Origin: a virus | Taxonomy: Duplodnaviria; Caudoviricetes | DNA: 27,922 nucleotides | IMG/VR virus record: IMGVR_UViG_3300048882_000040 | Location: 1 to 27,922 of that record | Strand: one strand, 5' to 3' | In this document: positions 1-7,056 of the stretch, one piece after another | Position numbering within the stretch: the stretch's first letter is position 1 | How the letters are laid out: each line of letters starts with the position of its first letter | Translations under genes and position numbers: made by a program | Notes under the pieces: model-generated | What the model saw: only the letters and a program-made list of their open reading frames with translations | Told to the model about the DNA's origin: nothing | Database searches by the model: none

Positions 1-1
1 A

Positions 2-10
2 TGGTATAAT
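2..10 (+). promoter_or_regulatory. Probable -10 element of a sigma70 promoter whose -35 lies upstream of the window
   Basis: TGGTATAAT, the same -10 context as the promoters at 7961, 8786 and 19361; the -35 cannot be seen. Confidence 0.5.
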
Positions 11-18
11 GGTGGTTA

Positions 19-98
19 GGTCGAGAATTTAATGGATAATCAGTCTCGACTACAAATATATGTGGCTGCTAGATCTATTAGGTTCTCGGCCTTTTTTT
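19..98 (+). ncRNA. Structured leader or small RNA: long hairpin followed by U7 (terminator/attenuator-like)
   Basis: 19-37 GGTCGAGAATTTAATGGAT pairs fully with 73-91 ATCTATTAGGTTCTCGGCC when 4 G-U pairs are allowed; T7 at 92-98; starts just after the TATAAT. Confidence 0.55.
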
Positions 99-116
99 CG
101 TCTAAAGGAAGTTAAT

Positions 117-1481
117 ATGGCTAAAAGTTGTAAAGATTTATTTGAGAAAGCTATGAAAAAGGCTGGAAGACTAGAAGCCCAAGTGGAAGCCTTAGAACTA
201 GACTTAGGCCCTACAGCCCTTCGTACCCAAGGAGGGCTGGATAAAGAGTCAATAAACGAAATGCTAGGATACCAGAGACGTAATACAGTCAGAGCAGGGG
301 TGACTACCTGGTTAAATAAAAAACAAAATAGAAATGCTACTAAAGTGGGAGGATACAAATATTCTTTTACTAAGCTAACACACATGGAAGGGGGTAAAAG
401 AGGTGTACAAAAAGATCTACACGCTCAGGCCTCCAGGCTTTTGGACGGCCCCTTAAAAGGCGTAAGAGAAGGAAGGGCCTTAGATCAAGGGCACTTTGTA
501 GGTAGCTCCGCAGGAGCAGTAGGTAAAGTAAAGTACGGAAGAGCCGTTTTAGGTACGCAAGGTCTATCTGAGGTATCTGCAGAAAATATAGCCTATGGAG
601 TGGTAGGTAGAATAGCACAAGCAAAAGAAACCATAGGTATGGAGGCGGCAGGCCCGGGAGCAAGTGAGCATTATGATGCCAAAAAAGCCATAAAGCCACT
701 AGAAAAACAGGTGGGAGACCTTTTGGAGGGTATGGTTGCTATAGAGTTTGTAAAAGACATGGTAGATCAGATAATGGCTAACCTGGCCGATGGTAAGCCC
801 TTAATGCAGGCTACTCTAGAGATTTCTAAAGATAATAGAGCATTTGGTAACGTAGAAAAGGTATTAGGTCAGGAAATAGTAAAAGAATTTGTCAGAGTAT
901 TTGAAGAAAATATTATAGAAAGTACCCAAAAGTTTATGGAGGTAGAAGGACTAAACTGTACGTCCTCCCCCAGCACTGAAGAGAGTATAGCTATAGCAAT
1001 AGAAAGAACTATAATGGGAGTTAAAGCTAAAAAAGCTAAAAAACGTAAAGTTATTAAACCTAAGATTAAACCTAAAGTAATTTTTAAGGTAAAGAAAACC
1101 AAAGCAGTAATCCCTAAGATAGCTAAAAAGAAAGGGCAAATACAGGCTCAAATGAGTCCTTTAGCTTTAAGAGGTTTACTACAGCGTGCAATAAGCGCAG
1201 CTATAAAACATAACATGGGTAAAGGCAGAGCTAGGACCGTTCTAAACTATAGAACGGGGCGTTTTGCAGAAAGTGTGAATATTGATAACGTTGTGCCTCG
1301 TAGAGATGGCGCAATGATCGCGTTTTATTCTTATATGAAAAATCCTTACTCCACTTTTGCGGAAGGGGGTGCTCAATACCCAAGTAAGCCAAGTCGTGAC
1401 CCAAATTTACTTATCAAGAAGTCTATGCGTCAATTGGCTGCTGCTGCAGCAGTTACACGCTTCTTCCCAATGGAGTCATAA
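117..1481 (+). CDS. T5 p143-like tail completion protein homolog with long N-terminal extension
   Basis: C-terminal LNYRTGRFAESV, YSYMKNPYSTF and RDPNLLI resemble recalled T5 p143 motifs (RTGRFANS, YNYMTRPYSVF, RNPQKLI); start moved to ATG 117 after AAGGAAG; Lys-rich linker. Confidence 0.65.
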   Translation: MAKSCKDLFEKAMKKAGRLEAQVEALELDLGPTALRTQGGLDKESINEMLGYQRRNTVRAGVTTWLNKKQNRNATKVGGYKYSFTKLTHMEGGKRGVQKDLHAQASRLLDGPLKGVREGRALDQGHFVGSSAGAVGKVKYGRAVLGTQGLSEVSAENIAYGVVGRIAQAKETIGMEAAGPGASEHYDAKKAIKPLEKQVGDLLEGMVAIEFVKDMVDQIMANLADGKPLMQATLEISKDNRAFGNVEKVLGQEIVKEFVRVFEENIIESTQKFMEVEGLNCTSSPSTEESIAIAIERTIMGVKAKKAKKRKVIKPKIKPKVIFKVKKTKAVIPKIAKKKGQIQAQMSPLALRGLLQRAISAAIKHNMGKGRARTVLNYRTGRFAESVNIDNVVPRRDGAMIAFYSYMKNPYSTFAEGGAQYPSKPSRDPNLLIKKSMRQLAAAAAVTRFFPMES

Positions 1482-1482
1482 T

Positions 1483-1911
1483 ATGAAAGTACTATTATTA
1501 TCACTATCTCTGTTATTAACCTCTTGTGTATCTATTCCAGGAATGCCAGAGTCTATGCAAGGTAAGAATTTGGTCAAGACAGGGACTACTACGGCTGTAA
1601 CTTATGCAATAGCTGGGCCTATACCAGCTATGCTGAACTTGGCCACTAGTGTAGTAGTTGATGAAGTATTACCGAAAGCAGACACATCTTGTAAAGTAGA
1701 AAAAGATAACACACAACAATTGTGGTCTTGTCTATTTGAAGAAACAAAAGAATTAGTAATAGGGGGCATTATAGTATTTCTATTGTTCACTACAGTTATT
1801 GGCCCTTGGGCAGTACAACGTAGAAATAGAAGAAGAATGAAGTACGATCAATATAAATATGAAGCCAAAGCTGCTAGAGTAGTAAATGTGGAGGCTCAAA
1901 AGAAGGATTAG
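1483..1911 (+). CDS. Lipoprotein with C-terminal transmembrane helix (u-spanin-like topology)
   Basis: ATG 1483 with GGAG SD; MKVLLLSLSLLLTSC lipobox; TM LVIGGIIVFLLFTTVIGPWAV followed by QRRNRRR. Confidence 0.6.
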   Translation: MKVLLLSLSLLLTSCVSIPGMPESMQGKNLVKTGTTTAVTYAIAGPIPAMLNLATSVVVDEVLPKADTSCKVEKDNTQQLWSCLFEETKELVIGGIIVFLLFTTVIGPWAVQRRNRRRMKYDQYKYEAKAARVVNVEAQKKD

Positions 1912-1912
1912 T

Positions 1913-2002
1913 ATGAATACAGAAGAAAAGATGGCGTGGTTCTGGGTAGCACTAATAGCTCTAGGAGTTATGTTTAGTGTACCTGAAGCTCAGGCATTAT
2001 AA
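1913..2002 (+). CDS. 29-aa hydrophobic peptide MNTEEKMAWFWVALIALGVMFSVPEAQAL
   Basis: Hand-translated; AAGGA SD; abuts the previous stop; below the ORF-track cutoff. Confidence 0.5.
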   Translation: MNTEEKMAWFWVALIALGVMFSVPEAQAL

Positions 2003-2003
2003 A

Positions 2004-2096
2004 GTGAGAAAGGTAAGATGCATCAACTGTGGAGTAGCAATAATCTCTGCAATTGCATTTTTTATATCGATAGCAATTCTGCTATTAGACAAATAG
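2004..2096 (+). CDS. 30-aa single-TM peptide (M)RKVRCINCGVAIISAIAFFISIAILLLDK
   Basis: GTG start 1 nt after the previous stop; fills the gap before the next gene; CxxC then hydrophobic helix. Confidence 0.35.
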   Translation: MRKVRCINCGVAIISAIAFFISIAILLLDK

Positions 2097-2106
2097 GAAG
2101 AAGAAA

Positions 2107-2685
2107 ATGGATTTATTAGTAACGTATTGGCAGTTCACTATAGTAGTAGGACTTATTTTTATAGCTTGGATTGTAAACTACCTTAGTAGCGACGGATCAA
2201 GCATGAAGTGGGCCCAAGAAGGTATGCCTAAAATGAAGCCTCTACCTATAGAAACTAAGAGCAAAGGATTTTGGGGTGGTGTTTGGATGTGGTTTATGAC
2301 TACACGTAAATGGGAAATTGTAGAAGATTTTTACTTTACAATAGATGCCCAACGTCTTGTTATTCCAGCAGGATTTACTTTTGATGGTGCTTCAGTACCT
2401 AAGTTCTTACGTACTTGGTTATCACCAATGGGAGTACTATTAGTAGGAGGTTTAGTTCATGACTACGGGTATAAGTATGCAACATTACTAAAAGATAGTA
2501 AAGAGGCCACAGTAGGATCAAAAACTCAAAAAGAGATGGATGTAATTTTTAGAGATATTAATGTAGAAGTAAACGGGTTTAAAGTATTAAATTATGTGGC
2601 TTATTACGCACTTAGACTTGGTGGATTCGCAGCGTGGAACGGACACCGTAAAACAGGTGCCGTATGGATAAGTTCAGTTAAATAA
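2107..2685 (+). CDS. DUF1353-family protein with N-terminal TM helix
   Basis: IPAGFTFDGASVP, GLVHDYGY, MDVIFRD and YYALRLGG match the DUF1353 pattern; hydrophobic N-terminus. Confidence 0.75.
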   Translation: MDLLVTYWQFTIVVGLIFIAWIVNYLSSDGSSMKWAQEGMPKMKPLPIETKSKGFWGGVWMWFMTTRKWEIVEDFYFTIDAQRLVIPAGFTFDGASVPKFLRTWLSPMGVLLVGGLVHDYGYKYATLLKDSKEATVGSKTQKEMDVIFRDINVEVNGFKVLNYVAYYALRLGGFAAWNGHRKTGAVWISSVK

Positions 2686-2698
2686 CTAGGATAATAGT

Positions 2699-2998
2699 AT
2701 GCAAGAAGAAATTAAACAAGCAGAACACCAAAGGTTAGAAGAATCTATGGATAATTCATGGAAAGATGAGTTCATTGTCTTAGTATTTTCGTTCCCTATT
2801 GTTATCAATTTCTTAATGCCTCTATTTACTGAAACAACAATGACAGAAGCATGGGCTAATTTAGCCCTAGCACCCGAATGGTATACAACAGTTATCAGTA
2901 TATTAGTATTAGTTATATTTGGATTAAAGAATGTGGTTTACAAGGTAGCAGATAAACTATTCGAAACAGGAACTAAAACCTGTAAGTGTAAAAAGTAA
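2699..2998 (+). CDS. Holin-like membrane protein
   Basis: SWKDE followed by a TM helix, P-E-W-Y and a second TM ending in FG, then a basic tail; pattern of GTA-3TM-type phage holins. Confidence 0.5.
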   Translation: MQEEIKQAEHQRLEESMDNSWKDEFIVLVFSFPIVINFLMPLFTETTMTEAWANLALAPEWYTTVISILVLVIFGLKNVVYKVADKLFETGTKTCKCKK

Positions 2999-3022
2999 TT
3001 ATATTAGTAAGGTACTTAATAA

Positions 3023-3718
3023 ATGAGTAGAGCAAAAAAGGTAAGTGCCTGTGCACTTATGAATAAGCAACATTTAGAGTTACAAGAGTTTGACCCATTA
3101 ACGGAGGCCCAAGGGAACTTCTTTGCTAATTATAGTTCCGGTAAGTCCCAAATATTGGCGGGAAGTGCTGGTACAGGTAAAACATTCATGGCATTGTATA
3201 TGGCATTTAATGAGATACTAAACTCTAATCTTAACTATAGAAGAATAGTTATTATTAGAAGTGCCGTGGCCACTAGAGATATTGGATTCCTACCTGGTAA
3301 CCTTGATGAGAAACAAGCAGTATATGAAATACCTTATATTGGTATTTGTAATGAGTTGTTTAATCGTGGTGATGCCTATGGCTTAATGAAGAAGAATGGC
3401 ATTGTAGATTTTATGTTAACCTCTTATGTTAGAGGTATAACTCTTGATGAGACTATTATAATTGTTGATGAGTTTCAAAACTTAACCGCCCACGAAGCTG
3501 ATTCAATAGTAACTAGACTAGGTAAAGGTTCTAAGATTGTATTCTGTGGTGACACATGTCAGACAGACTTTACTAGGAACAATGAAAAGGACATTCATAA
3601 GTTTGTTGACGTCCTTAAAAGAATACCACAGCATTTTACTATGAACGAATTTGTATCGGATGACATTGTAAGGTCAGGTATTGTTAAAGATTATATTAAG
3701 GCAAAGGAAAACTTATGA
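3023..3718 (+). CDS. phoH: PhoH-like ATPase
   Basis: Walker A GSAGTGKT, IGFLPG, VRGITLD, IIVDEFQNLT, TRLGKGSKIVFCGD, DIVRSG. Confidence 0.95.
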   Translation: MSRAKKVSACALMNKQHLELQEFDPLTEAQGNFFANYSSGKSQILAGSAGTGKTFMALYMAFNEILNSNLNYRRIVIIRSAVATRDIGFLPGNLDEKQAVYEIPYIGICNELFNRGDAYGLMKKNGIVDFMLTSYVRGITLDETIIIVDEFQNLTAHEADSIVTRLGKGSKIVFCGDTCQTDFTRNNEKDIHKFVDVLKRIPQHFTMNEFVSDDIVRSGIVKDYIKAKENL

Positions 3719-4269
3719 ATAAAATAGGGCTAGGTTGGGTATTGGCTATAGTGTTATTGGCAACATATGAAAAGGTATATGCATTAGATCCTATCATTAC
3801 AGATTCAACTACAAGAAGCACAGTACACTCGACGGGAGAGGTGAAGACTACAATAGTATCTCCACCACCTTCTGCTATTACTCCTACATTCACAGGTAGT
3901 TCAAACTCGGATTCTTGCACAGTTGGCGTTGCTGGTGCTGTTCAAACACAGATACTAGGTATAAGTGCGGGAACAACTAGTAGAGATTTAAACTGTGAGA
4001 GATTAAAGAATGCCAAGACGTTGTATGATATGGGTATGAAAGTTGCCGCGGTATCGGTATTATGTCAAGATGTAAGAGTATTTGATGCTATGTTAATGGC
4101 AGGAACTCCATGTCCTTATAATGGTATCATTGGTTCAGATGCTAGAATTGCTTGGCAAAATGATAAAGATAATCAACCTAAGAAGGATATAGAAGATGAT
4201 TCGATTGACCCGCTTAAGATACTTACTGGCGTTGGTAGTGCTGTGCTTGGCATCTTACTCTTACTCTAA
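3715..4269 (+). CDS. Exported Cys-containing protein with C-terminal TM (cassette gene 1)
   Basis: ATGA overlap with phoH; signal peptide ending VYA; 4 Cys; amphipathic hairpin between Cys1 and Cys2; hydrophobic C-terminus. Confidence 0.75.
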   Translation: MNKIGLGWVLAIVLLATYEKVYALDPIITDSTTRSTVHSTGEVKTTIVSPPPSAITPTFTGSSNSDSCTVGVAGAVQTQILGISAGTTSRDLNCERLKNAKTLYDMGMKVAAVSVLCQDVRVFDAMLMAGTPCPYNGIIGSDARIAWQNDKDNQPKKDIEDDSIDPLKILTGVGSAVLGILLLL

Positions 4270-5083
4270 CTGGAATTACGGCACAACTAATAATGCTGCT
4301 GGAACTAGTCTTAATTGGGGCATGCCTAATTTGTTTCCAGAGGCTAACAACCTAAGTATTAACGGAGTATATTACAGGTACACACCAATAAAGAATACCG
4401 CAGATGATATGTTAGTACATGTGCAGAATGAAGATGCTATTAATGGGGGATACATCTTTAAAGAAACAGATGATTGGAGTGGTAGACCGGGGGGAACACC
4501 AATTAATAAAGTTATTGGATTACCAAATATACCCCAAGAATTATGGGGTGACGGCTCTATTGAAGTAGAGGGTACTGGTACTGTACAAGATGCTTCCGTA
4601 GTATACAGTTACAAATATGATAATACATGTGTAACCCCATTATCAGATCCTAGCTGCCCTGGGTACGCAGAAGCCTTATTAGGTACAATAAATAGTATAC
4701 CAGAACCAGTAGTATATAATGCATTAGATGACGAGAATGTCAAAGATGTATTAGATAATAAGACAGAATTAAAAGAATCAGAGGAAGAAGAAATATCTGA
4801 TGAAGAAGAAGAAGAAATTGATTTAGATGAGTTATTATCAGAGATTGATAGCAAGATTATGTTGGCTCAGACTATTGCTCAAAATCAACTAATGAAGGCG
4901 ATGACATTGACTGTAAATGTGGATAGTTATTATGCTAAAAAGATTAAGGGTGGTGTTTATAAAGAAACAGTAAGTCTAAAAGATAAACACTTACCTGATA
5001 ATAAACGAGGCGCTAGGCTGGGTCTTGCACAACAAGTAAAGCACACCAAAATGGTTGATATGCAATACAACAAAGGAGAATAG
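4196..5083 (+). CDS. Exported beta-rich protein with CxxPLSDPSCPGY motif and acidic tract (cassette gene 2)
   Basis: Signal peptide ending SYS; Asn/Gly/aromatic-rich N-domain; poly-Glu linker; overlaps the previous gene by 74 nt, so the start is uncertain. Confidence 0.7.
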   Translation: MIRLTRLRYLLALVVLCLASYSYSNWNYGTTNNAAGTSLNWGMPNLFPEANNLSINGVYYRYTPIKNTADDMLVHVQNEDAINGGYIFKETDDWSGRPGGTPINKVIGLPNIPQELWGDGSIEVEGTGTVQDASVVYSYKYDNTCVTPLSDPSCPGYAEALLGTINSIPEPVVYNALDDENVKDVLDNKTELKESEEEEISDEEEEEIDLDELLSEIDSKIMLAQTIAQNQLMKAMTLTVNVDSYYAKKIKGGVYKETVSLKDKHLPDNKRGARLGLAQQVKHTKMVDMQYNKGE

Positions 5084-5084
5084 T

Positions 5085-5579
5085 ATGAAGATTTTATTAA
5101 CAGCAGTAGGTTTAGTATTCGCACTAAATGTAATGGCAGAAGATGTGCCCGTACAAGGTAGCGTACAAATGAGGTGTCTAATTACAACAGATATTCCAGG
5201 TGTCTATGGTAACCCTAATCCACACACACTAAGTACATCAGTAGCAAATGGGGGAGTACTGCCCGTAGTAAGATACGATATTACATTAGCAGATAGTTAC
5301 AAAGCAAAGATTACAACTCCTACGAGTTTCTCGTCTAGTCCGGTACTAAATGATACTGTTACTTGGGCAGGATCAACATCGGTAGCACAAACTTCTGATG
5401 CTGGTATGTCTGGATATGAAGCTGCCAAGGTTACATATGATTCAAGTACTGAGTATGACTTAACAGTTGCAGGATCAACGTGGTTTTCTGCTACCCTAAC
5501 TGCTACAAATGGTTATGATAAAGCATTTCCAGGTGGCGTGTATAACGCTATTTTAGTTGCTGAGTGTATCGCTAAGTAA
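5085..5579 (+). CDS. Putative pilin/fimbrial-subunit-like exported protein (cassette gene 3)
   Basis: AAGGAG SD, ATG 5085; signal ending VMA; N-terminal VPVQGSVQMRC and C-terminal PGGVYNAILVAEC resemble chaperone-usher (Csu/SCPU-type) subunit termini; Thr/Ser-rich. Confidence 0.55.
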   Translation: MKILLTAVGLVFALNVMAEDVPVQGSVQMRCLITTDIPGVYGNPNPHTLSTSVANGGVLPVVRYDITLADSYKAKITTPTSFSSSPVLNDTVTWAGSTSVAQTSDAGMSGYEAAKVTYDSSTEYDLTVAGSTWFSATLTATNGYDKAFPGGVYNAILVAECIAK

Positions 5580-5582
5580 AAT

Positions 5583-5978
5583 ATGCAATTTGTCTCTAAG
5601 CTGATCGCAACCCCCGTGCTTCTGGGCGGATTGATATTAGCATTTGATGCCGGGGCGCACGAGATGACACCAACTTACCCTAAGTTTGAATCCTCTTTTG
5701 TTTCTGGTATATCGAAGACTAAGATGAGATTGTTTAATAAACGTAATGATGTAAGTTATTATCAGATAAATGTATTTGATTCTGAATGGGTAGCAGTGCC
5801 TTTCGTTACACCATATAAAATAATCAAAATGGGATACTTAGAAACTATCGAGTTTGATGTGTATATTAAACAAGGTGATTTGAAAAAAGCAACGTATATA
5901 TGCTCTAAGTCTAAATTAAAATCAATTGATGTTAAGTCAAGTGGTATATCAAGTAGGATATGTTCTAAGATAAAATGA
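5583..5978 (+). CDS. Putative single-domain pilus chaperone-like (PapD N-domain-like) exported protein (cassette gene 4)
   Basis: Signal ending AGA; mature HEMTPTYP...MRLFN...YYQINVFD echoes the N-terminal Ig domain of periplasmic chaperones; 2 Cys. Confidence 0.45.
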   Translation: MQFVSKLIATPVLLGGLILAFDAGAHEMTPTYPKFESSFVSGISKTKMRLFNKRNDVSYYQINVFDSEWVAVPFVTPYKIIKMGYLETIEFDVYIKQGDLKKATYICSKSKLKSIDVKSSGISSRICSKIK

Positions 5979-6385
5979 GATATTTATTTATCATACTGGC
6001 GGTGATAAGTTTAAAGGTTAATGCTAATGCTTTAAGTCTACAAATTCCTAGCATGTCAAACAGTTACGCTTCGGATAAGTTTAGGGCAGGAAATTTAGAT
6101 TGTTCTAATGCTATTGGGGGTACTATGAATTTAGAATTTGGTATGACAGGTATTGTTAATAATGCTCAGTCGCCCTTTAGTTCAGATGATTTGGATAACC
6201 CTACTACAAAAGATGTAGGATTATATGCTAGAATCATTATACCATTAAATGCTCCAAAGGAACGTATTAACTGTAATACCCTATATCAATTAGAGTTATC
6301 AAAGAAACGATTAGAGGTAATGAAATTAGAAGAAGAGTTGAATGCTTTAAGAAGACTTCAATTACAAGGACAATTCGAGAATTAA
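5975..6385 (+). CDS. Exported protein with Cys-bracketed beta-hairpin and C-terminal coiled coil (cassette gene 5)
   Basis: ATGA overlap; signal ending VNA; alternating strands NLEFGMTG and VGLYARIIIPL; helical tail KKRLEVMKLEEELNALRRLQ. Confidence 0.7.
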   Translation: MRYLFIILAVISLKVNANALSLQIPSMSNSYASDKFRAGNLDCSNAIGGTMNLEFGMTGIVNNAQSPFSSDDLDNPTTKDVGLYARIIIPLNAPKERINCNTLYQLELSKKRLEVMKLEEELNALRRLQLQGQFEN

Positions 6386-6386
6386 T

Positions 6387-6890
6387 ATGGCAAACTTAGG
6401 TAAAGACTTAGATAAGATTGAGGATGCCAAGGATAAACTGGCTAATACCACTTTTAATATACTTGGGTATAAACTAACACCCACTCAATTAGGTATGGCA
6501 TTTGCTGCTTTATCTGCTGTACTCGGTACTCTATATGGGGGGTTCACAACGTATCAAAAGATTGAAGGTCTTGCTAACTTAGATGTTGAGGCATATCAGC
6601 AGCAAATGGATGTTATGGATACCAAGATCGAAAGCACCCTAGACTATACAAGAGATATTAAAAATGGTTTAAGAGATGATATTAATCGTATTGAAAAGGT
6701 CGCTGATAGAGTTGAAGATGATGTTAATAAGTTAGAAGATAAAATTAGAGATATGATTGATGATGCTGAAGTTCGATTCGAAACTAAACGTGACCAACTA
6801 AGAACATCAAATAAAGCAGATATTAAAGAGTTAGAAGAAAGACTTAATGCTAAAGTACAAAGAGCATTAGATAATCCATTAGCAAATTAG
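6387..6890 (+). CDS. Membrane-anchored coiled-coil protein (cassette gene 6)
   Basis: TM LGMAFAALSAVLGTLYGGF followed by a long charged heptad region ending ALDNPLAN. Confidence 0.75.
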   Translation: MANLGKDLDKIEDAKDKLANTTFNILGYKLTPTQLGMAFAALSAVLGTLYGGFTTYQKIEGLANLDVEAYQQQMDVMDTKIESTLDYTRDIKNGLRDDINRIEKVADRVEDDVNKLEDKIRDMIDDAEVRFETKRDQLRTSNKADIKELEERLNAKVQRALDNPLAN

Positions 6891-6897
6891 TATATCA

Positions 6898-7056
6898 ATG
6901 TTTGAGAAATTAATACACCGCATCGCGGAAAAAGAATGTTTTAAATCGTGGACTTGGGTCAAGTGTAAATGCTTGGCCTTTTTATTAATAATGATTGTGG
7001 GGGTACCTCTAATAATAGCGGTGAGTACTATGATTGCATCAGAGGTATTGGAATGA
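6898..7056 (+). CDS. 52-aa single-TM protein
   Basis: Hand-translated MFEKLIHRIAEKECFKSWTWVKCKCLAFLLIMIVGVPLIIAVSTMIASEVLE; its stop overlaps the next start (ATGA). Confidence 0.6.
   Translation: MFEKLIHRIAEKECFKSWTWVKCKCLAFLLIMIVGVPLIIAVSTMIASEVLE

Noticed and set aside
50-65. CTAC-AAATATAT-GTGG as a possible NrdR box
   Set aside because: Central bases are out of register with the consensus and it is far from nrdA; better explained as the hairpin apex
60-116. ORF-track upstream starts (60, 1357, 5055, 6969, 7998, 8269, 11116, 12736, 17559, 26957)
   Set aside because: Downstream ATGs have better SD, stop-start coupling or signal peptides; 11116 is the -35 box itself
1852-1859. TATAAATA T4-type late promoter matches (also 18061)
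   Set aside because: Inside coding regions, expected by chance in AT-rich DNA, and the phage is not T4-like
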